A DNA stretch of 64,000 bases, taken from positions 157,420,001-157,484,000 of the forward strand of contig CM059431.1 in NCBI GenBank assembly GCA_030390025.1. The letters run 5' to 3'. Within the stretch, counting starts at the first letter, position 1. Each line of letters starts with the position of its first letter. Origin of the DNA: Squalus acanthias (taxonomy: Eukaryota). A model generated the notes under the pieces. The model did not search any database, was not told the DNA's origin, and saw only the letters and a program-made list of their open reading frames with translations. Shown here piece after piece: positions 13,620 to 25,994 of the stretch. The position numbers and the translations under genes are program-made.

Positions 13620-15431
13620 ATAGCATTACATATGATTACATCGGATATAATGCACAGCAACAGGCCATTCGGCCTAACCAGTCCATGCCGGCGTTTATGC
13701 TCCACTACAGCCTCCTCCCGTCTTTTACGTCTAACTCTATCAGTATAACCCCCAATTCCTTTCTCCCTCATATGCTTGTCCAGTCTCCCCTTAAATGCAT
13801 CTATACTATTCGCTTCAAACACTCCTGTGGTAGCGAGTTCCACATTCTCACCACTCTTTGGGTAACAAGTGTTACGTGAATTCCCTACTGTGACTCTCTT
13901 ATATTGATGGCCTCTAGTTATGCTCGGCCCCACAAGTGGAAACGTTCTCTCTTTACCCACTCTCACAAAACCTTTCATAATTTAAAATACCTCTAATAGG
14001 TCGCCCTCAGCCTGCTCTTTTCCAGAGAAGAGAGTTCCAGCCTGTTCATCCTTTCCTGAGATGTATACCTTCGCATTTCTGGTATCATCCTTGCAAATCC
14101 TCTCTTCCCCCTCTCCAGTGCTTCTATACCGTTTTTATAATATGACGACCAGAACTGCACGCAGTGCTCTAAGTGTGGTCTAACCAAGGTTCAATAATGG
14201 GTTAGCATAGCATCACTACTTTTCAATTCTATCCCTCTAGAAATAAACCTTAGTGCTTGGTTTGTTTCCTATGGTCTTGCTAACCTGTGGTGCAACTTTT
14301 AGTGATATGTGTATTTGTGCTCCGAGATCCCTTATTTCCTCTACCCCACCGAGACTCGCATCCTCCAAGTGATGTGACCTCCCTCTTCTTCCTACCAAAA
14401 TGAAATACCTCACGCTTTTCGGTGTTGAACTTCATTTACAATTATTTTCCCATTCTGCAAGTTTATTAATGTCCTCCTCTAATTTGTTGCAGTCCTCCTC
14501 AGTATTGACTACCCTCCCCCCCCCAATTTGGTATCATCCGCAATTTCGAAATTGTGTTTTTGATTCCAAAGTCTAATTCGTTAATGTAAATTGTGAACAG
14601 CAGTAACCCAGCACTGATCCCTGTGGAACTCCACTACCCACCTTCAGCCACTGTGAATCGCTACCATTTACTCCCACTCACTGCATTCTGTCTTGAAGCC
14701 AGCTTGCATTTCATTCTGCTACTTGTCCACTGACTCCCCATTCTCTGACCTGATTTATTAGTCTATTATGTGGTACTTTATCGAGTGCCTTTTGAAAATC
14801 TATATAAATTAAAGCTACTGCACTGTCATTGTCTACTCAATCTCTGTTACCTCTTCAGAAAATTCATTGATATTGTACGAGCAAGATTTTCCCTTTTGAA
14901 ATCCATGCTGACTATTCATTACTATACTTTTCGCTTCTAGTTGTTTTTCTATTTTTAACTTTAGCAGGCAACCCATTATTTTTCCTACCACCGATATTAA
15001 GCTGACTGGTCTATAATTCCCTGGACATGTTCAATCCCTCCTCTTAAATATAGGTATTACGTTAGCTATCCGCAAGTCCTCTAGCACTACACCTTTTTCT
15101 AATGAATTATTAAATATGTGTAGTAATTCCTCTGCTATCTGTTTCCTAGATTCTTTTAAAATGTAGCGATGCAATCCTTCTGGACCAGGGCTTTTATCCT
15201 CTTTGAGTTTCATTAGTTTATTTAATATATCCGCTTTTATATTTTAAATCCACTCATCTTGTTAGTAAACTCATCATACAATATCATGCCCACATGCTCT
15301 GTCACCTTGTTAAATATGGAAGCGAAATAACGATTTCATATTTCAGCCATCTCCCTATCGTTACCTGTGGTGTTGTCCTTTCTTTCCCGAAACGGTCCTG
15401 TTCCTATCCCAACCAAACGTTTTTCATTGAT
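13620..15431 (-). mobile_element. Older CR1 copy (3' part); continues at 19600-20070
   Basis: VRPHLEHC and KSPGPEGLH motifs; split by the young CR1, rejoining as ttttcattgat/gtgcctgtaaaa. Confidence 0.87.
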
Positions 15432-15531
15432 ACATAGATACATAGATACATAGAAGATAGGAGCAGGAGTAGGCCATCCGGCCCTTCGAGCATGCTCCGC
15501 CATTTAATGAGATCATGGCTGATCCTCCAAT

Positions 15532-18397
15532 TCAGTATCCCGTCCCCGCCTTCTCTCCGTAACCCTTAACCCCTTTTGCCTGTAGAAATATATCTAATTC
15601 CCTCTTAAATATATTTAATGAGCTGGCGTACACTGCCCTCTGTGGCAATGAGTTCCACAGGTTCACCACCCTCTGAGTGAAGAAATTCCCCCTCATTTCT
15701 GTCCTAAATGGTTTAGCCCTTATCCTTAAATTATGTCCTCTAGTTCTGTTCTCACCCGCCAAGGGAAACATTCCTTCTGCATCTAGTCTGTCTAGACCTG
15801 TCAGAATTTTATACACTTCTATGAGGTCCCCTCTCAATCTTCTAAACTCCAGTGTGTACATCCCTAAACTACATAGTCTCTCCTCATAGGTCAATCCCGC
15901 CAATCCTGGTATCAGCCTGGTGAATCGCCGCTGCACCCCCTCCATGGCAAGAACATCTTTCCTCAGCTGAGGCGACCAAAACTGTACACAGTACTCGAGG
16001 TGTGGTCTCACCAGTGCCCTGTACAGCTGCAGCAAGGTATCCCTGTTCCTGTATTCCAACCCTTTTGCTATGAAGGCCAGCATACCGTTTGCCTTCTTGA
16101 CCGCCTGTTGCACCTGCATGCTCGCCTTCAGTGACTGGTGTACAAGAACACCCAGGTCTCTCTGTACTTCCCCCTCTCCCAATTTATTGCCATTTAAATA
16201 ATAATTTGCCCTCCCGTTCCTGCACCCAAGGTGGATAACTTCGCACTTGTCCACATTATAGTGCATCTGCTATTTATCCGCCCAATCACCCAGTCTGTCC
16301 AAATCGCTCTGGAGCTTCCTGGTCTCCTCCTCTGAGCCCACCCCCCCTCCGAGTTTAGTGTCGTCTGCAAATTTGGAAATGCTGCATCCGACTCCCTGAT
16401 CCAGGTCATTAATGTAAATTGTGAACAGCTGGGGACCCAGGACAGATCCCTGCGGTACCCCACTTGTTACTGCCTGCCATTCAGAAAATGAGCCGTTTAT
16501 TCCAACTCTCTGTTTTCTATCTGACAGCCAGTTCTCTATCCACGTCAATACTTTCCCCTTTATCCCATGAGCTTCAATTTTCCATGCTAATCTTTTATGT
16601 GGGACCTTGTCGAAGGCCTTTTGGAAGTCCAGGTACACCACATCTACTGGCTCTCCCCCATCTATTTTACCAGTTACTCCCTCAAAAAATTCCAATAGAT
16701 TAGTCAAGCACGATTTACCCTTTATAAATCCATGTTGACTCTGTCCTATCCTGTCCCCATTTGCTAAGTGCTCCGCTATTTCATCCTTAATGATGGACTC
16801 CAGCATTTTGCCCACAACTGATGTAAGGCTTACAGGTCTGTAATTACCTGCTTTTTCCCTACCCCCATTTTGAATAGTGGGGTAACGTTAGCTACCCTCC
16901 AATCCATGGGCACTGTTCCCGAGTCTAATGAAATCTGAAAAATCATACTTAGTGCATCCGCTATCTCTGAGGCCACCTCCTTCAGTACCCTAGGATGCAT
17001 GTTTTCAGGCCCTGGGGATTTGTCCGCCTTCAATCCCTTTAGCTTCCTTAACACCATATCCTTAGAGATATTGATTTGCGTCAGTTCCTCCTTTGCCAAT
17101 GTCCCTATTTTTCCCGATATCCCAGGGAGGTTTTTTGTGTCTTCCTTCGTAAAGACTGACCCAAAGTATGTATTTAGTTGGTCTGCCATTTCCTTATTAC
17201 CCGTTATATATTCCCCCATATCTGACTGCAATGGACCAACTTTGGTTTTCACCAGTCTTTTCCTCTTTATATACTTATAAAAGCTTTTGGAGTTAGTTTT
17301 TATATTTTCCGCCAGCTTGCTTTCGTAAGCTATTTTGCCCCTCTTGATTAAGCCCTTTGTCCTCCTTTGCTCTATCTTAAACTGTTCCCAATCTTCCGCT
17401 CTGGCGCTTTTTTGGGCTATTTTATACGCCCTATCTTTGGATTTATGCTGTCTCTAATTTCCCCTGTTATCCACGGTTGAGTCACCTTTTTAGATTTCCT
17501 TTTATGCCAGATTGGTATAAACAATTTTTGCAATTTTGTCATTCATTCTTTAAATGCTTGCCATTGTTTATCTACCTCCAGTCCTCCCAGGAACGTTGTC
17601 CAATCAGACCTACTCAGTTCCCGTCTAATGGCATCATAATTCCCCTTGTTTAAATTCAGGACCTTAGTCTCTGAGTCAATTTCTTCGCTCTCCATTTCGA
17701 GTGAGAAATCGATCATGTTATGATCGCTCTGACCCAAGGGTCCCCGTACAACAAGATTACTAATTAGTCCCTTCTCATTGCACAGTACCCAGTCCAATAT
17801 AGCCTGTTCCCGAGTTGGTTCCTCGACATATTGATCCAGATAACCATCCCTTAAACACTCAAGGAATTCCTCCTCCTCATTATTTTTACTGATAAGGCTA
17901 GTCCAATCTATATGTAAGTTAAAGTCACCTATGATGACAGCTGTGCTCTTATTGCACGCTTCTCTAATTTCCCTCGTGATGCCCTCCCCAACCTCTATTT
18001 TACTATTTGGAGGCCTATATACCACTCCTATTAATGTTTTTCGCCCCTCGCTATTTCTTAGCTCCACCCATATAGATTCTGTATTAACTGAGTTAATATC
18101 CTTCCTTTCAATTGCATTTATCCCCTCTTTTAGCAGCAATGCTACCCCTCCTCCCTTTCTTTTTTGTCGATCCTTCCTAAATACTGAATACCCCTGTATG
18201 TTAAGCTCCCAGCCCTGCTCACCCTGCAACCATGTTTCCGTAATCCCAATTAGATCATAATTATTAACCTCTATTTCCACAGCTAATTCTTCTACATTGT
18301 TCCTGATGCTTCTCGCATTAAGGTATAAAACCCTCAGGCTTTTTTTATGCTCACATTTTTTATGAATTAGTTTGGCCCTTTGTTTTTTGTTCCTCAC
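15532..18397 (-). pseudogene. CR1 ORF2 (APE endonuclease + RT) broken by a few stops/frameshifts
   Basis: Collinear ORF pieces 17543-18397, 16830-17252, 16270-16815, 15532-16266. Confidence 0.93.
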
Positions 18398-18469
18398 CCT
18401 TTTACCATTTATTTCTGTCTGCCTTTCACTTTCCTCTATTTCACTACATAGGTTTCTAGCCCCCTGCCA

Positions 18470-19334
18470 TACTAGTTTAAATGCTCCCGAACTGCTTTAT
18501 CAAAAATTACCCCGAGAACATCAGTTCCATCTTTGCACAGGTGTAGACCGTCCCTTTTGTATAGGTCACACCTACCACAAAACTGGTTCCAATGCCTCAA
18601 AAATTTAAAACCCTCTCTCTTACACCACTGCTCAAACCACGTATTTAGATAACTATCCTGTTCTCTGTACTCTTACTAGCACGTGGCACTGGTAGTAATC
18701 CAGAGATTACTACCTTCGAGGTCCTACTTTTTAGCTTGGCTCCTAACTCCCTAAATTCTACTTGTAGGACCTCTTCCCTTTTTTTAGCTACGTCGTTGGT
18801 ACCAACATGTATCACGACAACTGACTGTTCCCCCTCCCCCTCCAGAATGTTCTGCACCCGCACCGAGACATCCTTGACCCTTGCACCAGGGAGGCAACAT
18901 ACCATCCTGGAGTCTCGGTCGCGACCACAGAAACCCCTATCTATTCCCCTTACAATCGAATCCCCTATTACTATAGCCCTGCCACTCTTTTTCCCTCCCT
19001 TCTTTGCAACAGAGCCAGTCATGGTGCCATGAGCCTGGCTGCTGGTGCCTTCCCCCGATGAGTCATCCCCCCCGACAACAGCACCTAAGGCGGTGAACCT
19101 GTTGCTAAGGGAGAAAACCCCAGGGGATTTCTGCACTACCTTCCTGCCCTTGCTCTGCCTTTTGGTCACCCATGTACTATCTACGCTGGCCTTAACCTGC
19201 GGTGTGACCAACTCACTAAATGTGCTATCCACAACCCTCTCAGAATCGTGGATACTCCAAAGTGAGTCCATCCGCAGCTCAAGGGCCGTCATGCGGTCCC
19301 ACATGAGCTGCAGCTGGACACACTTCCCGCACAC
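18470..19334 (-). pseudogene. CR1 ORF1, SGNH/GDSL esterase type
   Basis: IVIGDSIVRG, CLPGARVKD, HVGTND, VVISGLLP motifs; frameshift near 18645. Confidence 0.92.
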
Positions 19335-19382
19335 ACCCTCCTTAAATGCCGTTCACCTGGGTGCTTCCCACCTGGTCCGCTT

Positions 19383-19599
19383 CCGGTCTCGTCGCTCCCG
19401 ACAACAGCCTGTGAAGTAAAGCCCGCGAAAGTGAGTTCAAATACTCACAGCACCTCACAGCACCTCCGGTCTCGTCGCTCCCGACAACAGCCTGTGAAGA
19501 AAAGCCCGCGAAAGTGAGTTCAAATACTCACAGCACCTCACAGCACCTCCGGTCTCGTCGCTCCCGACAACAGCCTGTGAAGAAAAGCCCGCGAAAGTG
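19383..19599 (-). repeat. 83-bp tandem monomers (about 2.6 copies) forming the CR1 5' UTR
   Basis: ccggtctcgtcgctcccgacaacagcctgtgaag recurs at 19383, 19466 and 19549, nearly identical. Confidence 0.93.
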
Positions 19600-20215
19600 T
19601 GTGCCTGTAAAATATTTTACTATTTTGTTTCATGTTACTCGATAATTTAATTTCATAGTTCCTCTTTGCCTTCCTAATTGTGTTTTTCACTTCTCTCGTA
19701 ATCCCTTCGTATTCTCTTTCATCATGCACTTCTCTGCTCTCTGTGTAGTTAATGTATCCTCAATTGTTCCTGTATGTCTTTATTCATCCATGGAGTCTCA
19801 TTATTTTTTAGTTTGTTCTTTCATTTTAGCTGAATATATTTTCCCTGCACTCTGTTGAACAACATGTTATATGTTTCCCATTGTCGTTAACATCGTTGTT
19901 TGCCAATATTGTTGCCCAATTTTCTTTCCAGTTGTATTCACAGCCCCTAAAAATCATCTTTGCTCCAATCTATTAACCTGGTTTTCTCATACTTATGTCA
20001 TTATCTATTATCAACTTAAATCGTATTATATCGTGGTTAATATTGCCTATATGTTCCATAATTTTACTTCTAAATATTCTTCTATGTTCTCATTTAGTAG
20101 GGATTCCATTATTTTTCCTGCTACCGATCTTAGGCTGACTGGTTTATCGTCCCCTGGAAATGTTCTAACTCGCTTCCTCAATACAGCTTTTACATTAGCC
20201 ATCCAAGAGTCTTCT
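19600..20215 (-). mobile_element. Continuation of the older CR1 (19600-20070) and a separate CR1 RT remnant (20070-20215)
   Basis: KAKRNYEIKLSSNMKQNSKIFYRH peptide; the remnant re-covers the region encoding RPVSL. Confidence 0.8.
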
Positions 20216-22018
20216 GGATATTAAACATGACACATAGCAACCAGGAAATATAAGGATCAGGAAACATAAGAAACGGAAAACAAAGGAAATAGGAAAAAAT
20301 AAGAAATAGTAAATATAGGAAACAGTACACATATTAAACAGTAAACATAGTAAACCGTAAAAAGAAGCAACAGGAAAAATTGTACAGACACAATAGCCTC
20401 CTTCCGTGGCGTAAATTTTCATGATTGTTTGATAAGAAACAGTAAAAATAGAAAATATGATACATAAGAAACAGTGAACATAGGACACAGTAAATATAGA
20501 GAAGAGGAACAAGGAAACATAGGAAATAGTAAAAAAACGAAATATTAAGTTGACAAAACTGAAAAAATAGTAAACAGGACATATGAAACTGAGGGAAAAG
20601 GAAACATAAGATAGAGTAAACATAGGAAACCTGGAACTTATGAATCAGGAAAAATATTATACAGGAAGCAGTAAATAGGAAACATGAAATATAAAACATA
20701 GGAAAATGTAAGCATAGGAAAAAAGAATCATAGGAAACACGAATCATAGGAAACAATAACTTAGGAAGCAGTAAATATCAGAATAACAAAACATAACAAA
20801 TAGTAACCATCGGAAACAGTAAATATAGGAAACAGGAAATATAGCATACATGAAACAAAGAAAATAGGGAAGTCGCACAACACCAGGTTATAGTCCAACA
20901 GTTTTATTTGAAATCACAAGCTTTCGGCGCTGCTGACAAAGGGGCAGCGCTCTGACAGCTTGTGATTTCAAATAAAACTGTTGGACTATAACCTGGTGTT
21001 GTGCGACTTCTCACTTTTGTCCACCACTGTCCAACACCGGCATCGCTGCATCAAAGAAAATAGGAAACATGGGAAAAGGAAACATAGGCAAAAATAAATA
21101 TAAAAAGATACGGGCGATCGTAAACATTAAAAATAAGAAACAGTGAAGATAGGAAACAGTAAACAGTAATCATAGGAAAGATTAAACATAGAAAAGACGA
21201 CACATTGGAAAGCTGAAAAATAGGAAAGAGTAAATATAGGAAACAGGAAATTGTAACTTTGGAAACATTAAACATATGGAACAGTAAACATAGGAAAGCG
21301 GAAATATAGGAAAGAGGAAATATATGGAACAGTAAACATATGGAACAGTTAATCTAGGAAATAGTAAAGATAGGAAACAGGAAAGAGGAAGCAGTAGAAA
21401 TAGTAAACATAGGAAAGGGAAATCATAAGAAACATAGAGAATAGTAAACATAGGAAACTGTAAACATGGGAAATAGCAAATATAGCAAATAGCAAAGATT
21501 AGACACAGGAAATGCTGTTAACAGTAAACATAAGGAACAGTCAACATAGGAAAGAGGGACCGTGGGAAACAGGAAACATAGGAACCACAGAAAAGGAAAC
21601 AATAAACATAGGATAGAGGAAACATAGGAAAGAGTAAACAGGAAATATGAAACATAGGAAAGGTGAAACATCGGAAAGAGTAAACATTGGAAAGAAAAAA
21701 CATAGAAAACAGTAAACACAAGAAACATGAAACAGGAAACATTGGAAACGGAAAACAATAAACATAGGATATATTACACATTGGAAAATGAAACTTAGGA
21801 CACATGAAATATAGTTAAAAGTAACATAAGAAACAGTAAACCAACGAAACAGGAAATATATGAAACAAGTAAATAGCGAACAGTAAACATAGAAAATAGT
21901 AAATATAGGAAACAATAAACATGGAAAACCGGTAACATAGGAAACAGTAAACAGAGTAAAATGGAAATATAAGAAACAGTAAACGAAGGAAACTCTCAAC
22001 ATAGAAATCAGTAAACGA
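20216..22018 (+). repeat. Purine-rich satellite array
   Basis: About 1.8 kb of degenerate AAAYATAGG (9-mer) plus AAACAGT/AAACAGG (7-mer) units. Confidence 0.92.
20869..21053 (+). mobile_element. Fold-back mini-insertion of a Penelope-like 3' end
   Basis: Inverted arms gaagtcgcacaacaccaggttatagtccaacag.../...ctgttggactataacctggtgttgtgcgacttc, 3' extension ending ggcatcgctgcatca; TSD caaagaaaatagg (20856-20868, 21052-21064). Confidence 0.85.
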
Positions 22019-22350
22019 TCAGTAATGTTAGAGTAGGATCACCAAGATTAATGTTGGAGTAGAGTCATCAAAAGTGATGTTAAAGTGGCGTGACCACCAG
22101 TAATGTTTGAGTAGGGTCAACATAAATAATGTTAGAGTAGAGTCACCACCAGTAATGTTAGTGTAGGGTCACCATCAGTAATGTTAGAGTAGGGTCACCA
22201 CCAGTCATGTTAGAGTAGGGTCACCACCAGTAATGTTAGCGTCGGGTCACTAACAGCAATGTTACAGTAGGCTCAACACCAGTAAGTTCAGAGATGAGTC
22301 ATCTTCAGTAATGATAGAGCTGATTCATCATCAGTCATCATTAGAGTACA
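22019..22350 (+). repeat. 26-bp minisatellite (cagtaatgttagagtagggtcaccac), about 12 copies
   Basis: Direct tandem units visible. Confidence 0.9.
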
Positions 22351-22747
22351 AAACACATTTTAGTTATGTAATGAATGAGTGACGCTTTGACCGAATTAAG
22401 CTAAGCTACCAAGAACCTATTGCAGAGTCCAGCAGAAATATTCCCTTCATTGTTTATGGGACATGCGCAGACCACAATCCCTCTGGGATTTTTTTCCGTT
22501 CATTGATTTTAACAGTCGCTGTTTCATGGACTGAGCTTTTCAATTTCCCCATTGGCGGCCCGGGCGCACTGAAGCGGACACGTTCTAATTGTTTGTTAAT
22601 TGACTGTAACTAACGGCAATTGTTGTGTAAACCTGTTTATCTCACCGGTTCGCCGATGCTACATAAATGGGCAGCATTAACGGATATCAGATACGCTCTA
22701 GTCGGAATCGTAAAGCCACACAGAATTCACACAAATCTTCAAAAATA

Positions 22748-24123
22748 ATGGTGCGGCCATCTTCAGATAAGGGACATTTAGGACCATGTTCTCGCAGCCT
22801 TTGGCATTCCAAGTAAGTCAATGCATCGTGTTGCCTTATAGCTGCTGACTATCTCACTGTTAATGATTATGGAACAGATTCCGATAATGTCCTCATTGCA
22901 TTCTTATTTATTCGCCTGGATAAGTTGGTCAATATCAGTGGGAATTCGAACAGTCCGCACGGCCGATGAGGCGCTGTTCTGGTCGGTAGGTCGCTTGCAC
23001 CGGGCGCTCAGTATTCCTTCTATACTGAGGGAGGGCAAGGCTGATTCCCTGGCATATCCAAAAGTTCACCGCCCACTACAGAATGTATTGCTCAGTGTCC
23101 ATAATAATCAGCTCATTTGTGCCGTGATTCCCTTTCGCGAAAATACATTCAGTACTTGACTGAAGTATGCTGGAAGGACGGCGGCTTTTCAGTCCCTGTA
23201 TATTGAATGTTCAAAGATTTAATTCTTTTAAATAAAATGTCGTCAAATCTCGCCTATATTCATGATAATAATCCGTGTACATAACGCTAAGTAGGGACAC
23301 ATCTGCACATTTCCGCACAATATGTTGGAGATATATCTGAGTGTCCCCGTGACTTACAGCTTGTCCCTCTTTCTCACAGCGAACCTAATGACAATCGTGA
23401 TTCTCTCCAGGGGAAATTGCGGACTTTCCAAATGTATCTCTGTCTACATGGTGGCCATAGCAACAGCAGATTTGCTGGTCATGATCTTCAATATATTAGT
23501 GAACCGCAGTTTCAGTCATTACTTTCCAAATTAATTCCTGTCCTACACTTCTGTTTGTAAGATCATTATGGACGTGCAGTGTATTGCCCTACATGTGTCG
23601 GTGTGGTTTACCGTCTCGTTCACATTTGACAGATTTGCAGCTATAGGCTGCGTGAAGTTTAAACGGTCTCTGTCCTGATCTGTTTATAGAGCCTCCCTTT
23701 TTGGTTTGCATAAGAATCTGATCGAATGATTAACAATGTCCCCTCAGGTTGCCGCACAAGAGTAGAATTTTTTACATCGCCTATAGGTGCAGTCATCTCC
23801 TGGTTACATAGCATTTTATTTGATTGGTTTGCATATGCTTTGATATTACTGTTTAATTGTTTGAAAGTCAGACGTATTTTAGAGGCCAGCAGAGCCCACA
23901 GGGGACTCCGGGGTGACAGCAGTGAGAATGAGAGCGATCCATAGATGGAGAACCGAAGGATATCCATAATTTTACTGTTCACTGTATCAGGCAGTTTTAT
24001 ACTGTTGTGGCTGACAACTATCGTTCGTTTTTTAACTACCTTACTGACAAGCACCGTGCATTACCAAGGCGATTATGCAGCCCCTTCATATATTGCAAGT
24101 GAAACCGGATATATGCTCATGTA
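22748..24123 (+). pseudogene. Class A GPCR pseudogene, GPR139/GPR142-like; exon 1 22748-22812, intron 22813-23379, exon 2 23380-24123
   Basis: Exon 1 LQIRDI*DHVLAAFGIP then gtaagt; acceptor ttctcacag; exon 2 NLMTIVILSRGNCGLSKCISVYMVAIATADLLV, SVWFTVSFTFDRF (DRY-like), ENRRISIILLFTVSGSFILLW (TM6); in-frame stops (23532, 23942), frameshifts, TM7 cut by a PLE. Confidence 0.88.
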
Positions 24124-24290
24124 TCAACCAACAGAAAACGCTGGAAAAACTCAGCAGGCCAGGCAGCATCCGTGGAAAGAGAAACAGAGTTAACGTTTCA
24201 GGTCGAAGATCTTTCGTCAGAACTGGAAAAAAGCAGGATATGAAATAGATTTAAAGCAAGGATAAAGCTGGAAAAAGGGGGAGGGGATGA
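24124..24290 (-). mobile_element. Penelope-like element 3' end
   Basis: Near-identical to 34440-34600, which adjoins a GIY-YIG ORF. Confidence 0.87.
24188..24224 (-). ncRNA. Minimal type I hammerhead ribozyme motif
   Basis: agtt-CTGACGA-a-agatc-ttc-gacct-GAA-ACGT-T-aact: core boxes, stem I agtt/aact, stem II with one mismatch, palindromic stem III. Confidence 0.78.
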
Positions 24291-25364
24291 AATGCAAACT
24301 GATTCATAAATTTCAGAGAACGTTAATCGGTTGATAACGTGTGGGATGGTGTTACCTCTTCCATGGAAACATCTGGGCATACATTATCATTTTTACTTGA
24401 CATCGATGATGCAGAAACAAAGCAATACTTATAATTCTAGCCTTGACTTGGTGGAATTGCAATTATATGGATCAAGAGTTGAACTAACGATAAGATAGCG
24501 AACTAAATTATACTACATGACAGCCCAGTGGAGAAAATAACAGCTAAGGTAAATAATCGCGATTGATAAAGATAAGTAACTTAATTATCCTTGTATTGAG
24601 TTGAAATTTAACTATTATATAATTATGTAATACAGAACAGTGTGGATTTCCAAGTAGGGGAAAGAGAGAAATGTATAAAAACGTGTTATTTGTAATGAGT
24701 ATTTTAAATTTTTAAAAGGCTCTGATACTGAGTTCACAACTCTAACACATTTGAATTACCAAGCAACAATCATCAGGTGTGGCTGTAATTTTTACATTTT
24801 AAGTCTAGGTGTAAGTACTATTACACATGTACTGCGTGCTCAATAAACCGATGACACCTCACTGTATTGCTCAAGGACCTTATTGAAAAAATTACTCTGA
24901 AAGTAGCCTCAGTGCTTTAAATATGAATGAGCTTCATTTATTAATTGTAATTAAGTGCCCCCTTTCCGTGTCACTGTTCAACGTACCGCGTCATGCTGAG
25001 TTTCAAAATGCCAAACGCCACATGGTTTAATTTCCCCGTGGACCCCAGGATCGACCAATTCGGCTGGCATCCAGCTTTTGGAGGAAGTGGTGGTGAATTT
25101 CTGCCAGATTTTTGTAATAGGCACATTCTTATTTAACTCTATTCCGACGACCAACTGTATTTAAGTAAAGTGTTAGGCATCAGCCAGGAATTTCAATTCT
25201 ATCAGTTAGCGATACATCTGCACCAAACTACAGTCATGAGAAGGCGATGTGTGATCAACCACATCATCGAACATCAATATATAAAATAGAGAGCAAAGGC
25301 ATGAACAAGATAACCATTACATTAGCGTGTAAAATTCAGTCCCATATAGCTGAGAATCTCCTGC

Positions 25365-25970
25365 CCCTATTTCTAATTAAATAATCGTTGTGATCCCTTG
25401 AGAATTTCTATTTCTAAGTAAACAGTTACTGTGTTTCCCTGACATTCTGTTCCCTCTATTTGTTACTAAACAGTAACCATGTTCTCCTGTGTTCTACTTC
25501 TATAAAAATGGTTACTATTTTCCATGAGACATAATTTCTAATTCAACGGTTACTGTTCTATCTTAAATTACCTGTTCTCTATTCCTAATTAAATAGGTAA
25601 TATATTCCCCTAAAATCTCCCGTTCTCTGCTCCTAATTAAAACGTTACAGTGTTCCCCATAATCGCCATTGTATCCATTTCTAACTAAACAGTTACTTTG
25701 TTCCACTACATTCAACGTTATACTATTTCTAATTAAACAGTTACTGTGTTCCCCTATATCCCCCCGTCCCCATTTATAATTTAACAGTTAATGTGTTCTC
25801 CTAAATTGCCTTGTCCTTTATTTCTAATATAACTTTTACTGAGATTCACTAAAGTCACCTTTATTCTTTTTCTAATTAACAATTGGCGTATTGCCCTAAA
25901 TTCGCCTGCTCTGTCTTGTACTTTCCGAGTTCTCGTATTATCGTGAATTCCCCTATGTTCCCAATTTCCC
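25365..25970 (+). repeat. Degenerate minisatellite of about 47 bp (ctatttctaattaaacagttactgtgttcccct...)
   Basis: ctaattaaacagttac-like anchors recur roughly every 47 bp. Confidence 0.8.
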
Positions 25971-25994
25971 ACTGTGTTTTCCGCGAGCTACTTT

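Larger units (their letters stand above)
15432..19599 (-). mobile_element. Young near-full-length CR1 LINE (5' monomers, ORF1 esterase, ORF2 EN-RT, (tctatgta)n tail)
   Basis: All CR1 parts present in order with few disabling mutations; tail gatacatagatacatagatacatag; no clear TSD. Confidence 0.96.

Noticed and set aside
18645..19334. Host GDSL lipase gene
   Set aside because: It sits in the ORF1 position of a CR1 element, directly upstream of ORF2
19383..19599. CRISPR-like repeat array (also considered for 22019-22350 and 59480-60840)
   Set aside because: Head-to-tail units with no unique spacers, no cas genes, and a vertebrate context
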